The notes: a model not told the origin generated them from the letters alone. DNA of 64,000 nt from a bacterium (GCA_965204535.1 CBDBEV010000001.1:2656001-2720000); one strand, 5' to 3'. Shown: positions 47,677 through 61,037, counted from the stretch's first letter. A program made the numbers and translations.

Positions 47677-49273
47677 ACCAGACGTTTCGAGTTCTGATTG
47701 CCGAGCCGATCTCGCCGAGGGCCTATGAGATACTCGAGGAGCAGCAGGGCTTTGAAGTCCTCGACCGCACCGCCTCCTCGCGGAAAGAAATTCTCGAAGC
47801 CGTGAAGACAACCGACGCGCTCATCGTCCGGAGCGGCACGCAGGTGGATGATGAACTCATGGGTGCCGGGGATACGCTCAAGATGGTCGCGCGCGCAGGG
47901 ATTGGCGTGGACAACGTGGACCTCGAAGCCGCCAGCATGCGCGGCATTCTGGTGGTGAACGCGCCCGACGGCAACGTCATCACCACGGCGGAGCACACCA
48001 TCGCCATGATGTTCTCGCTGGCGCGCAAGATTCCCTCGGCCGTCTCCTCCCTCAAGGGAGGGAAATGGGAGCGAAACCGCTTCGTGGGCAGCGAGCTATC
48101 TTCTAAAACACTGGGCGTCGTGGGCATGGGGCGCGTGGGTTCGCAGACGGCGACGTTCGCCCGCAACCTGGGCATGAACGTCCTCGCCTTCGATCCATAC
48201 ATCTCCGCCGAAGTGCTCTCCCAGCGCGGGGTGAATCCGGTGGATTTCGGGGAGCTTCTGGCCAAATCCGACTACATCACCCTGCACGTGCCGAAAAACA
48301 CCGAGACGGGGAACCTGATCGGCGCTGCGGAAATCGCCCAGATGCGCGACGGCGTTCGCATCATCAACTGCGCGCGCGGGGGGCTGATAAACGAGGAGGC
48401 GCTGGCCGAGGCGCTCGACAGCGGGAAGGTCGGAGGCGCGGCGGTGGACGTATACCAACAGGAACCCCCCGACCCGAACGACCCGCTCATCGGCCGCGAC
48501 GACGTCGTCTGCACGCCGCATCTGGGGGCCTCTACCGCGGAAGCCCAGGAAAACGTAGCCATGAGCGTGGCGAAACAGGTCGTGGCGTATCTGACCGAAG
48601 GGGTGGTGGGACACGCCGTGAACCTGCCTTCCCTGAGCCCCGAGATGCTGGAGCAAATCGGCCCCCATCTGGATCTGGCCGATCGCCTGGGAGATTTTCT
48701 GGCCCAACTCGCGGGCGGGGGATTGCAGACCCTCGAGGTCGTCTACGGCGGATCGATCGACATGCCCATGAGGGCGCTGGCCGCCTCGGCCATCAAGGGG
48801 ATGCTGGGGCGTTTCCTCTCGAGCGTCCGCGTGAACATGGTGAACGGCCTCCTGCTCGCGAAAGAGCGCGGCATCGAGGTGAGGACGACGACTCAAACGG
48901 AGAATCTGCTATATACGGACCTGATCGAGCTTCGCGTGAAGACCGACTCGGGCGAGCGCTCCGTGGCGGGGACTTTTCTGCGGAAGAACGACCCCAGAAT
49001 CGTTCGCATAGACGACTATTCGGTCGACGTGGCGCTCAGGGGCTATCTCCTCATATTCCGGAACGAAGACCGGCCCGGCATGATCGGCAAGATCGGCACC
49101 CTGCTGGGGAACCACAACATCAACATCGCCGGCATGCAGTTGGGGCGAGTATGGCAGCACGATATGGCCGTCGCCGTTCTGATACTCGACGACCCGGTGC
49201 CCGAGCCCGTCATGGAAGACGTTCGCGCCATTCCCCACGTCTATGACGCCTGCCTCGTCAGGTTGGGCTTTTC

Positions 49274-49277
<4 letters not shown>
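47673..49277 (+). CDS. serA: D-3-phosphoglycerate dehydrogenase
   Basis: RAGIGVDNVD, INCARGG, TPHLGASTAEAQ, C-terminal ACT domain DRPGMIG. Confidence 0.95.
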
Positions 49278-51882
<2,605 letters not shown>

Positions 51883-52009
51883 TTCGGAATTTCTCCATCC
51901 CGGGAATTTTAGCCCGCCTCTGATTGTCACTGTGATAGGATAGTTTATCTGGATTTGGTGGGAACAACCGCATCACCCGCATGGTCGCCGTCGATCTTGA
52001 TAGAGGAAA

Positions 52010-52909
52010 ATGATGGCCCCGGAAGAAGTGTCCTTGAGTCTGGCTTTCGCGGCGGGGGTGCTGAGTTTCGCCTCCCCGTGCATCCTCCCGCTGGTTCCCA
52101 GTTATCTTTCCTATCTGACGGGCTTGTCCTATGAGGAAATAAGAGAGAGCGGCGAGGCCGTCCGCGTTCGAAGCGTCATCCTGGTGAATTCCCTGTTCTT
52201 CGTGGCGGGGTTTTCGCTCGTCTTCGTCATCCTGGGCGCCAGCGTGTCCTTTGTGGGGAATATCCTGTTTCAATACCAGGATCACATCAGGCTGCTGGGC
52301 GGCATCCTGATCACCATGTTCGGCCTCTACGTCGGCGACAGGGCCTTTGATTTCAGGGGCCAAAGGTTCTTTATCGATAAACCGATCGGCGTGAGCGGCG
52401 CTTTCGCCGCCCTGGTTTTCCTGACGGGCCTGGCGGGTCTGCAAATGGGCTATCCCACATTGGGAGGAGTGCTCGCGGCGGTCGCCCTGTATGTGTTCGT
52501 GGCGGTTTTCGCGCCCGTCCTCTCCTCCGAGAACCGCATCATGCTGAAGAGCAAGCCCGCCGGCTGGCTCGGCAGCATGCTGGTCGGCGTCACCTTCGCC
52601 GCCGGCTGGACGCCCTGCGTCGGCCCGATTCTGGGGAGCATCCTCCTGTTCGCAGGCACGCAGCAAACCGCAGGCCAGGGGGTCGTTCTGCTGGCGAGCT
52701 ATTCCGCAGGTCTGGGCATTCCGTTTCTCTTGAGCGGACTGTGCGTGGGTTTTTTCTTCCGGTTCTATCAGTCGTTTCGGCTCTATTTCCGTGGAGTCGA
52801 AATCGCGAGCAGCGCCATGTTGTTGCTGGTGGGCGTTTTGCTGATCTCGAACTACCTGAACGCCATTTCCTCCTACCTCATCTTCTGGACGGGGTTTGCG
52901 GGCATCTAG
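52010..52909 (+). CDS. ccdA: Cytochrome c biogenesis protein CcdA
   Basis: SFASPCILPLVP and GWTPCVGPILG. Confidence 0.88.
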   Translation: MMAPEEVSLSLAFAAGVLSFASPCILPLVPSYLSYLTGLSYEEIRESGEAVRVRSVILVNSLFFVAGFSLVFVILGASVSFVGNILFQYQDHIRLLGGILITMFGLYVGDRAFDFRGQRFFIDKPIGVSGAFAALVFLTGLAGLQMGYPTLGGVLAAVALYVFVAVFAPVLSSENRIMLKSKPAGWLGSMLVGVTFAAGWTPCVGPILGSILLFAGTQQTAGQGVVLLASYSAGLGIPFLLSGLCVGFFFRFYQSFRLYFRGVEIASSAMLLLVGVLLISNYLNAISSYLIFWTGFAGI

Positions 52910-52911
52910 TT

Positions 52912-53193
52912 TCAGTGCACCTCGAACGTGGTTGGCTTCCCGCAAGGCGTCATCTCTTCTTCGGAAATTTCATGGACTCTCGCCGCCGGCGGTCCCTCCT
53001 TACACCAGGCCTTGAGGGTTTCGAGCGCGGGACTCTCGCCTTCTGCGACCAGTTCCACGCTCCCGTCGCCCAAGTTTCTCACCCATCCGGTGAGGGCGAG
53101 TTCGCGGGCGATCTCCCGGGCGCTGCCCCGGTACCATACGCCCTGCACCCGGCCCCGGATGATGAGGCGAATCCGCCGCGTCTCCTCTTTCAT
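52912..53193 (-). CDS. acyP: Acylphosphatase
   Basis: [28 protein letters not shown]. Confidence 0.93.
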   Translation of the reverse strand: MKEETRRIRLIIRGRVQGVWYRGSAREIARELALTGWVRNLGDGSVELVAEGESPALETLKAWCKEGPPAARVHEISEEEMTPCGKPTTFEVH

Positions 53194-53370
53194 AATGAGT
53201 TGGCGCTCATTCGGATGGCGCGCAGGTTTCGGCCGGCGTGGAGATGTCCGGCGCCCAGATGATCCTTGAGGCAGGAGCCGGCTCGGCGCGGGGGATTGGG
53301 GAGTTCAAGAAGGGTTCCTTATCGCGCCTGAGAATGAGGCCGCCTCCTGGAATGGGGTATTCGCAAGAGC

Positions 53371-54138
53371 CTAATCCGCATCATCGTCCTCGTCGTCTTC
53401 CCATTCCTTCTCCCGCTCCTCCTGGCGCTTTTTCTTTCGCCTCATGATGATTTTCGAGACGATGATGCTGATCTCGAACAGCACGATGACGGGGCCTGCG
53501 AGGAACACCTGCGTCACCACGTCGGGCGGCGTGAGCAAAGCGGACATGACGAATGCGCCGACGATGACGTACCCGCGGTTTTTCGAGAGGAAATCAGGCG
53601 TGATGACGCCGATTTGCACGAGCAGAATGGTGACGATCGGCACCTCGAACACCAGGCCGAACGTAAAGATGAGCTTGAAGGCGAAGGAGATGTAAAAGCC
53701 AATCGAAATCTGTGGCGTCAGGGATTCGGTGGCGAAGCTCAGCAGAAAGGCAAGGCCGTAAGGCAGAATCAGGAAGTAGCAGAAAAGGGCGCCCACGATG
53801 AAGCTCAGCGTCGAGAAGAACACGAAGGGCACAATGTAGCGTTTCTCCCGGTCCAGGAGCCCGGGGGCGCAGAAGCGCCAAATCTGAAACAGGATGATGG
53901 GCAGGCTGATGAAGACCGAACAGAAAAACGAGACCTTGATGTGCGCGAAAAAGGCTTCCGTCGGTGAGAGGAAAACGAGTTTCTGATCGGCGATGGGGCG
54001 CTGCATGAAGGTCAGCAGTTCACCCGAAAAATAATAGGCGCCCACGAACACGACGAGAATCGTGCCCAGGATGTAGAGGATTCTGTTGCGCAACTCTGTC
54101 AGGTGCCCGGTGAGGGGCATGGATGATTCGCCGCTCAC
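53371..54138 (-). CDS. tatC: Twin-arginine translocase TatC
   Basis: MPLTGHLTELRNR, QIWRFCAPGL, LTPPDVVTQ. Confidence 0.95.
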   Translation of the reverse strand: MSGESSMPLTGHLTELRNRILYILGTILVVFVGAYYFSGELLTFMQRPIADQKLVFLSPTEAFFAHIKVSFFCSVFISLPIILFQIWRFCAPGLLDREKRYIVPFVFFSTLSFIVGALFCYFLILPYGLAFLLSFATESLTPQISIGFYISFAFKLIFTFGLVFEVPIVTILLVQIGVITPDFLSKNRGYVIVGAFVMSALLTPPDVVTQVFLAGPVIVLFEISIIVSKIIMRRKKKRQEEREKEWEDDEDDDAD

Positions 54139-54569
54139 GTCTGCTTGTCGTCCTCTCGCTCGGCCCCGGCCTTGTCCTCGGCCGCCTCGCTCTCCGTGGC
54201 GGCGGCCTCCACCTCAGGCGCGGCCTCGCCCTCCTCCGGCGTGGGTTCGTCCGTCTCGATCTGGTCCGTTTCGGCGGTTTGCTCCGCCGCGCCGCTCTTT
54301 TCCTCGTCGTGGTCTTCGTCGTCGGCGTCTTCGTCTGATTCCTCGCCGCTCGCTTTTTTATCCTTTTCCTTTGCTTCCTCATCGAGGACGTCGAGATCGT
54401 AGTCGTCTTCCATGCTGAAGCTGTTCTGAAAATCCGACGTCGCGCGCTTGAAATCCCCCAGGGCCTTGCCGAGCGTGCGGGCCAGTTCCGGCAGACGCTT
54501 GGGTCCGATGACGATCAGGGCGACCACCATGATCACGATCAACTCCGTCATTCCGATGCTTCCGAACAA
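54135..54569 (-). CDS. tatB: Twin-arginine translocase TatB/TatA with acidic tail
   Basis: FGSIGMTELIVIMVVALIVIGPKRLPELAR; TTG start after GGAG. Confidence 0.85.
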   Translation of the reverse strand: MFGSIGMTELIVIMVVALIVIGPKRLPELARTLGKALGDFKRATSDFQNSFSMEDDYDLDVLDEEAKEKDKKASGEESDEDADDEDHDEEKSGAAEQTAETDQIETDEPTPEEGEAAPEVEAAATESEAAEDKAGAEREDDKQT

Positions 54570-54690
54570 GACTGTTCTCCTCAGGAAAAGACCATGCCTT
54601 TGGGTTATACCAAAACAGACGCGCATGGTGAACGAGCTGGCGGGTAACGGACTATGATCCTCATGCGCTTTCTGCTACATTCGGGTCATA

Positions 54691-56610
54691 TTGTTCGACT
54701 CACGACCCATGTCTTCACAAAAGCGCGAGTTGATGGCTCAGAAAACGACGCAAGAGAAACGGGTGGCGATTCAAGAATCCGCCGCATATCAATATGTACG
54801 CAACGCCTTGAATCTCAAAGAGATAGATGATTCGGCGGCCTTCGGTATCCTGGGGCCTCTCCTTGAGAAAAGCGCCGGGAACGGAAAGAGCGGCCCTATG
54901 AGCGCGGAAGAGGCCGCCCGATTGCTCTCCCGCCCCTATCTTCCCGATACCACCTTCGCCGTCGTCGATATCGAGACCACGGGCGGACGCCCCCCACAGC
55001 ACCGCATTACGGAGTTGGCCGCCGTCAAGGTTCGCGCAGGTGAAATGGTGGATTCCTGTGACTTCCTGGTCAACCCGGCCCGGGAGATCCCCTGGAACGT
55101 CGTTCGCCTGACGGGCATCACCGACGCCATGGTGGCGGACAAACCGGGACTGATGGAAGCGCTGCCCGGATTTCTGGATTTCATCGACGGGTGCGTATTC
55201 GTCGCCCATTGCGCGACTTTCGACCTCCATTTTCTTCAGTACTACGCGCAAGAGTTCCTGGAGCGCGATTTTTCGCCTCCGGTTCTTTGCACGTTTGAAT
55301 TGGCGAACCGGCTTCTGCCGCGTCAAAAACGCTTCAATCTGGGAGAATTGAGCGCGTCGCTGGGACTTCCCGATACGGAGACGGGAAGGCACCGCGCCCT
55401 GAGCGACGCCGAGGCGACGGCGCAGGTATTGGTCCGCTTTATGCAGATGGGCCGGCTTCTGGGATTGGAGAGCCTTGAATCCTTGCTCGAGTTTCAACAA
55501 CCGGACGAGGGCGTTCCTCCACCGATGGCGGAGGGGATTCGGCTCGACCCGGCGAAGATTGAATCTCTCCCTCGGGAACGCGGCGTTTTTCGTCTGTACG
55601 ACAAGGACGAAAGGCTGGTGTTCGCGGGCAAGGCCAACGACATACGGCGGGCGGTGCGGGATATGTTCTACCCCAAGAACCGCTCCGCGGGCCGGTTCGC
55701 CCTCAGGCTCAAGGGCGTGCGCCGCGTGGAGGCCAAGAGCCTGCGAAGCGAACTGGCCATGAACGTCGAGGCCTTTCGGGCGATGCGAAAAGCGAGTCTC
55801 ATCAACGGGAACCTCTCCGTGGCGGGCGGGGGTTTTTTGAGGCTCTCGGCGGGTGTCGCACGGCCCGGCGTGTCCTTCGTATCCCGTCTCGCTCGCGACG
55901 GCGCGCGCTACTATGGCCCGTTTCGGAAAAAAGCGCAGCTCGCCGATTTACTGGAGGCCATTGGCGCCGCCTTCCCGCTCCCCTGTGAAGCGCCGGAAGG
56001 GAATCGCAACGCCAAAAAGCGCGGCGGGTTCCGGGGCGGCAAAAGACCGCCCCGACTGCCGGATTCGGAATATACGGAGTTGTTCGAGACTTTGATGGAC
56101 ATCCTGGAGGGTCGTCTCCCGAAAGAGGATGAGGGCATATTCTCCCTTCTCAAGAGGGCCTGGGGAGAGGAGGTCCTTTCGCCCGGCAAACTGAGGCGCC
56201 GTATCGCCCGTCTTCATCATCTGGTGAAGATGTACGCCCTCTCGGGACCGTCCGTCGAGAGGAGAAGGCTCATCATCGTCGAACCCGGGCAGACGCGCGA
56301 GGAGAGATACTGTTATTTCATCAAGGATGGGCTCCTCGTTCATGAGATATCCTTCGAGCGGGGCGACCCGCCCGTTCGCGCCCTGGAAGAGAAGATAAAC
56401 GAGATATTCCTGAGCGAGGACTTCGAGCAGGCGAAGGCGAGTCCGGAGGATTTCGACGAGGCGGCGGTGTTCGCCGGCTGGATGAGGCGGGAGTTGATGG
56501 ACGGGTTCATGCTGAATCTCGAGGGCCGCGCCCCCTCGGCCCGCGTGATGGAGGCGCTCACAGGCGCGCTCGACGACCCGCAGGCGGCGGGAACCACGAT
56601 CACCCTTTAG
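54691..56610 (+). CDS. DEDDh exonuclease (DnaQ-like) fused to a degenerate GIY-YIG/Cho-like domain
   Basis: VVDIETTG, AHCATFD, HRALSDA; LPRERGVFRLYD...VFAGKANDIRRAV. Start uncertain. Confidence 0.8.
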   Translation: MFDSRPMSSQKRELMAQKTTQEKRVAIQESAAYQYVRNALNLKEIDDSAAFGILGPLLEKSAGNGKSGPMSAEEAARLLSRPYLPDTTFAVVDIETTGGRPPQHRITELAAVKVRAGEMVDSCDFLVNPAREIPWNVVRLTGITDAMVADKPGLMEALPGFLDFIDGCVFVAHCATFDLHFLQYYAQEFLERDFSPPVLCTFELANRLLPRQKRFNLGELSASLGLPDTETGRHRALSDAEATAQVLVRFMQMGRLLGLESLESLLEFQQPDEGVPPPMAEGIRLDPAKIESLPRERGVFRLYDKDERLVFAGKANDIRRAVRDMFYPKNRSAGRFALRLKGVRRVEAKSLRSELAMNVEAFRAMRKASLINGNLSVAGGGFLRLSAGVARPGVSFVSRLARDGARYYGPFRKKAQLADLLEAIGAAFPLPCEAPEGNRNAKKRGGFRGGKRPPRLPDSEYTELFETLMDILEGRLPKEDEGIFSLLKRAWGEEVLSPGKLRRRIARLHHLVKMYALSGPSVERRRLIIVEPGQTREERYCYFIKDGLLVHEISFERGDPPVRALEEKINEIFLSEDFEQAKASPEDFDEAAVFAGWMRRELMDGFMLNLEGRAPSARVMEALTGALDDPQAAGTTITL

Positions 56611-56801
56611 TTTTTCTCCGCTGCGCTCGGCAGGGCGGTAAAACGAAGTTGTTTTGAAAAACGTATTCTTGCGCGCCATTCTCCGGTATGCTATTTTCTC
56701 CCTTGTCTTTTTCGGGACATTCTTCGTCGAGTCAGGCATCCGGTTCGGGGATGGGGACGGGTTTCCCATGCCCTCGTCTCGCTCAAAAGGGTTTCGCCGT
56801 T

Positions 56802-58130
56802 GTGTCGGGAAACGGGGATTATTGGGACGAGCGCATCGAGCGCATGGCGCGAGATGAACTCGCCTCCCTTCAACTGAAAAGGCTGAAACGCCAGGTTCGC
56901 CGCTGCTACGAGAACTCCGCATTCTATCGGGAGCGCCTCGACGCGGCGGGCGTGGGACCCGATTCGATTCGCAGCCTCGACGACCTGCAGAAAATTCCTT
57001 TCGTCACCAAGCAAGAACTCAGAGACGAGCAGCAAGCGCATCCGCCCTTCGGACGATACGCCGTCGCCGAGCCTTCGGCGTGGGGAGAGCTTCACCCCTC
57101 CACGGGGACTACGGGCGTGCCCGTGAGCACGATCTGGAGCAAGACGGACGTCGAGAACATCGCGGATTTCACGGCGCGCACGATGTGGAGTTTCGGCGTG
57201 CGGCCGGACGACATCGTCCAGAACGCGTTCAGCTACGGCCTGTGGGTGGCCGGGATGAGCGTGCACTACGCCACGCAGAAGATCGGTTGTTTCGTGATCC
57301 CCATCGGCGCCGCCATGACGGAGCGGCAGATACTCTATCTCACCACCATCGGCTCCACGGTGCTCCTGAGCACGCCGAGCTATGGTCTGTACATCGGCGA
57401 AAAACTCACCGAGAGCGGCGTGGACCCCGGTGAAATCCCTTTGAAAATCGGCTCTTTCGGCGGAGAGGCGGGCGCGCAGAACCCCTCAACGCGCGCTCGT
57501 ATCGAAGCCGCCCTCGGCGTCGACGCCTATGATTATTACGGGCTGGGCGAGATCGGGCCGACCTTCGCGAGCGAGTCGGCCGCGAAATCGGGTCTCATAT
57601 GGGCGGAGGATCACCACATCATCGAGGTGGTCGACCCCGAGACGAAAAAACCGACGCCCGAAGGCGAGGTGGGCATTCTCGTCATCACGCATCTCACACG
57701 CGAGGCCACGCCCATGCTGCGCTACTGGACGAATGATTTTGCGCGCGTCGACAGCTCCCCCAGCCCTTGCGGCAGAACGCACCTGCGCTCGCCCGGGGGG
57801 ATTCTCGGGCGGCATGACGATCTCGTCATCTACAAGGGGGCGAAGTTCTACCCCATCCAGGTGGAAGAAGTGGTGCGGAGTTTCGCAGGCCTCAGCAACG
57901 AGTTTCGCGTGGAATTGCACCCGGATGAATCGACGGGGCGGGACCGCTGCGTCGTCGTGGCCGAAGCCGCCGAGGGGGAGGCGAACTCGGGCCTGGGCGA
58001 TAAGTTGCGCGACAGACTCAGGTCTGAACTCCTGGTGACGCCCGAGGTGGAGGTTTTGCCCGCGGGTTCTTTCGAGAGAACGACGTTCAAGGCGAAAAGG
58101 TTCGTGGATTTGCGCGAATCGTGCGTATGA
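56802..58130 (+). CDS. paaK: Phenylacetate-CoA ligase family protein
   Basis: HPSTGTTGVP, YDYYGLGEIG, TREATPMLRY, GRHDD. Substrate may differ from phenylacetate. Confidence 0.8.
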   Translation: MSGNGDYWDERIERMARDELASLQLKRLKRQVRRCYENSAFYRERLDAAGVGPDSIRSLDDLQKIPFVTKQELRDEQQAHPPFGRYAVAEPSAWGELHPSTGTTGVPVSTIWSKTDVENIADFTARTMWSFGVRPDDIVQNAFSYGLWVAGMSVHYATQKIGCFVIPIGAAMTERQILYLTTIGSTVLLSTPSYGLYIGEKLTESGVDPGEIPLKIGSFGGEAGAQNPSTRARIEAALGVDAYDYYGLGEIGPTFASESAAKSGLIWAEDHHIIEVVDPETKKPTPEGEVGILVITHLTREATPMLRYWTNDFARVDSSPSPCGRTHLRSPGGILGRHDDLVIYKGAKFYPIQVEEVVRSFAGLSNEFRVELHPDESTGRDRCVVVAEAAEGEANSGLGDKLRDRLRSELLVTPEVEVLPAGSFERTTFKAKRFVDLRESCV

Positions 58131-58150
58131 ATACGGCGAGGGGGTGAAAA

Positions 58151-59311
58151 GTGCGCGGCGTATCGATCATCGGAGTGGGCATCACGCCTTTTGGGGTGCG
58201 GGCGGAGAGTCTCGTTGCCCTGGGGGCAATCGCCTGCAGGGACGCGCTTGAAGACGCGCGCCTCGGTCCTGAGCGGATCGAGGCGTTTTTTCTGGGAAAT
58301 TTCGCCGGCCAGGCCTTCACCGGGCAGAACCACATCGCGCCCATGGTGGCGCACGCGGCGGGGCTGGGCGCGGTGCCCTGCACCCGTCTCGAGGGCGCTT
58401 GCGCCTCCGGGGGACTCGCCATGCGCCAGGGGGTGCTGGCCGTGGCTTCGGGCCAGGTGGATTTCGCCCTGATCGCGGGTGTGGAGAAGATGACTTGCGC
58501 CGAGACGGACCAGACGGCCTCCATCCTCGCCGCCGCCGGGGACGTGGCGGTGGAGGCGAGCGTGGGCTCCACGTTTCCCGCCCTTTTCGGCCTCATCGCC
58601 CGACGCCACATGCACGAGCACGGGACGACGCGCGAGGAGATCGCCCACGTGGCGGTCAAAAACCACGCCCACGGCAAGCTCAACCCGAACGCCCACATGC
58701 AAAAGGACGTGACGCTCCCCCAGGTCATGGACGCCAAGCCCGTTGCCGAACCGCTCGGGCTTTTTGATTGTTCGCTCATCAGCGACGGGGCGGCGGCCCT
58801 GGTTTTGTGCCCGGCTGAGACGGCCTCTGCGTATCACGAAAAGCCCGTCGGGGTTCTCGCATCGGCGCAGGCTTCTGATTCTCCCGCGCTCTCCGACAAG
58901 CGCGACATCACCTCGTTCCACGCCACGCAAAAGGCGGGGGAGGCGGCCTTCTCCCAGGCGGGGCTGAGTCGCGAGGACGTAGACTTGGCCGAGATTCACG
59001 ATTGTTTCACGATGGCGGAGATCATCGCGCTCGAGGATTTGGGGTTTTTCGCCAAAGGCGAGGGAGGCCGCGGCGCGATCGAGGGAATGACGAAGCTCGG
59101 CGGCGCGATGCCGGTGAACACCAGCGGCGGCCTGAAATCGAAAGGCCACCCGGTAGGGGCGACGGGCGTGGCGCAGATTCATGAACTCACGCTTCAGTTG
59201 CGTGGAGGGGCGGGCGCGCGCCAGGTTCCGGGCGCCGAGGTGGGTCTGGCCCACAATCTGGGAGGTTCGGGCGCCACGTGCGCCGTGCATATTCTGGGTG
59301 CGACCGCCTGA
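58151..59311 (+). CDS. SCP2-type thiolase family protein
   Basis: EGACASG, AEIHDCF, SKGHPVGATG, HNLGG. Confidence 0.9.
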   Translation: MRGVSIIGVGITPFGVRAESLVALGAIACRDALEDARLGPERIEAFFLGNFAGQAFTGQNHIAPMVAHAAGLGAVPCTRLEGACASGGLAMRQGVLAVASGQVDFALIAGVEKMTCAETDQTASILAAAGDVAVEASVGSTFPALFGLIARRHMHEHGTTREEIAHVAVKNHAHGKLNPNAHMQKDVTLPQVMDAKPVAEPLGLFDCSLISDGAAALVLCPAETASAYHEKPVGVLASAQASDSPALSDKRDITSFHATQKAGEAAFSQAGLSREDVDLAEIHDCFTMAEIIALEDLGFFAKGEGGRGAIEGMTKLGGAMPVNTSGGLKSKGHPVGATGVAQIHELTLQLRGGAGARQVPGAEVGLAHNLGGSGATCAVHILGATA

Positions 59312-59336
59312 GGCGGAGAAGGGTGGCTGGTCACGC

Positions 59337-59642
59337 ATGGAGACCTTCGTTTGCGCCGGATGCGGGCGGATTTATCTGGAAAGCGCGGAGCGCTGCGGGC
59401 ATTGCGGCGCACAGATGGAAGAGAGGCGAGCCTCCGGGCGGGGGGTCGTTTACAGCTTCTCATCGGTTCACATGGGAGCCCAGGGGATGCCGACGCCCTA
59501 CCTTCTCGCTTTGGTGGAGTTGGAAGAGGGGGGGCGAGTTCTCGCCCGCCTGGCGGATGATGACGAAAGCGAGCCGTCCATCGGCGATAAAGTGGTTTTT
59601 TCCGGTCTTTCGGATACCGGACCGGTCTTTCGGATATTTTGA
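59337..59642 (+). CDS. Zn-ribbon/OB-fold (DUF35) thiolase partner
   Basis: CAGC...CGHC, GRGVVYSFS, PYLLALVELEEG. Confidence 0.85.
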   Translation: METFVCAGCGRIYLESAERCGHCGAQMEERRASGRGVVYSFSSVHMGAQGMPTPYLLALVELEEGGRVLARLADDDESEPSIGDKVVFSGLSDTGPVFRIF

Positions 59643-59648
59643 GGATAT

Positions 59649-61037
59649 GTGTCGGTGAGCGCAATCAACAACGAATCGATGCGCGCCAAGGCGCTCTTCG
59701 TAGGTCGCCTCACGCCGGCAAGAGAGGGTTTGCTCGGCGGCTTGCGGAACATCGGCATGGAGACACTTTATTTCGAAACGCCCCATAAGGCGCGCGCGCG
59801 CACGAATTGGTGCGATTTCATTCTTTACGGGGCAACCGACCCCGCAGCGGCGGCTCCGATGCGGAGAATCGCGGAGACGGGCAAGCCTTTCGCCGCGGTG
59901 CTGCGCCCCGAGGACAAGGGGTTCACACCCCTGAGCATCAACTCAGGCGCGAGGGCCGTTTTCGTCGACGAGGTGCATCCCGAGGAAGTGTTCCAGTTCT
60001 CACGCGCCTTGAGCGAGGAGGGAAATCTTCGCAGGGAGCTCAGGTGGCTTCGCACCGAGGCGAGGGAAGAGTCCGGCGGCTGGCGGTTCGTGGGAACGAG
60101 CGCGGCGGCGGAGAGGCTGAGGCGCTCGATTCAGCTTGCGGGGCAGAAATACCGCACGATTCTCCTCGAAGGGGAGAAGGGGCTGAATTTCAGGCTCGTC
60201 GCCCGCGCGCTGCATTCCCAGTATCCCGGTGCGAGGCACCCGTTCCTGCACTGGGGGCCGAAAATGCGGCGCGCCTCGGTGCTGGAGAAGGCCATCAGGC
60301 GCATGGAAGAGAAGCGCGGTGAGGAGGGCGACATCCTCGAAAAAGGGGGTACGCTCTTCATCGAGGACGCCCAGCTCATCGGCAGGGATTACCAGAAGGC
60401 GTTGGCCGGGGTGTTGAGGGAAAAAAGTCTCTCGCAGGAGTTCCGCGTGATATTCGGGTGCACGCACGACCCCGAAAGACTGATACAGGACATGATTCTC
60501 AAGCGTCTGTATCGCAAGGAAACGACCCGCTTCATCAAGATTCCCCCGCTGCGCGATCGAAAGAAGGACATTTCGCTCGTGGCCCAGGGGATTCTGGATG
60601 AATTCTCGAGCCGCGTCGGGCAGCCGAGAAGGCGGATCACGCCGGCGGCGATGGATTGGTTCTGCGGGCAAAAGTGGTGGGGAAATGAGTCCGAACTCGA
60701 GATGGCCGTGTGCCGCGCCTTCCTCGTGAGCGAGGGCAACTCGATTTCGCTCGATGATCTAAGCTCCACTCCCCGGGGAAAGGGAGGCAGTGACATCGAG
60801 GGCTTTTTCCGCGACAGGCTCTCCTCGGTGGTCACCGCCCTGGGTGATGGGGAGAGCAGCGACTTCTATGATCACACCATCCGCAGCGTCGAGAAACCCC
60901 TGCTCGAACTGGTGCTCCGCGAAACAAGCGGAAACCAGGTGCAGGCGTCGCGCCTGTTGGGCATGAACCGCAACACGCTGAGAAGAAAACTCCTGGAATT
61001 CGGCCTCACCAAGCCTTCCCCCTCCCGCCGGAGATAA
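59649..61037 (+). CDS. Degenerate sigma54-activator-like regulator with Fis-type HTH
   Basis: IPPLRDRKKDI, WWGNESELE, GNQVQASRLLGMNRNTLRRK. Walker A is altered and no GAFTGA is present. Confidence 0.75.
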   Translation: MSVSAINNESMRAKALFVGRLTPAREGLLGGLRNIGMETLYFETPHKARARTNWCDFILYGATDPAAAAPMRRIAETGKPFAAVLRPEDKGFTPLSINSGARAVFVDEVHPEEVFQFSRALSEEGNLRRELRWLRTEAREESGGWRFVGTSAAAERLRRSIQLAGQKYRTILLEGEKGLNFRLVARALHSQYPGARHPFLHWGPKMRRASVLEKAIRRMEEKRGEEGDILEKGGTLFIEDAQLIGRDYQKALAGVLREKSLSQEFRVIFGCTHDPERLIQDMILKRLYRKETTRFIKIPPLRDRKKDISLVAQGILDEFSSRVGQPRRRITPAAMDWFCGQKWWGNESELEMAVCRAFLVSEGNSISLDDLSSTPRGKGGSDIEGFFRDRLSSVVTALGDGESSDFYDHTIRSVEKPLLELVLRETSGNQVQASRLLGMNRNTLRRKLLEFGLTKPSPSRRR

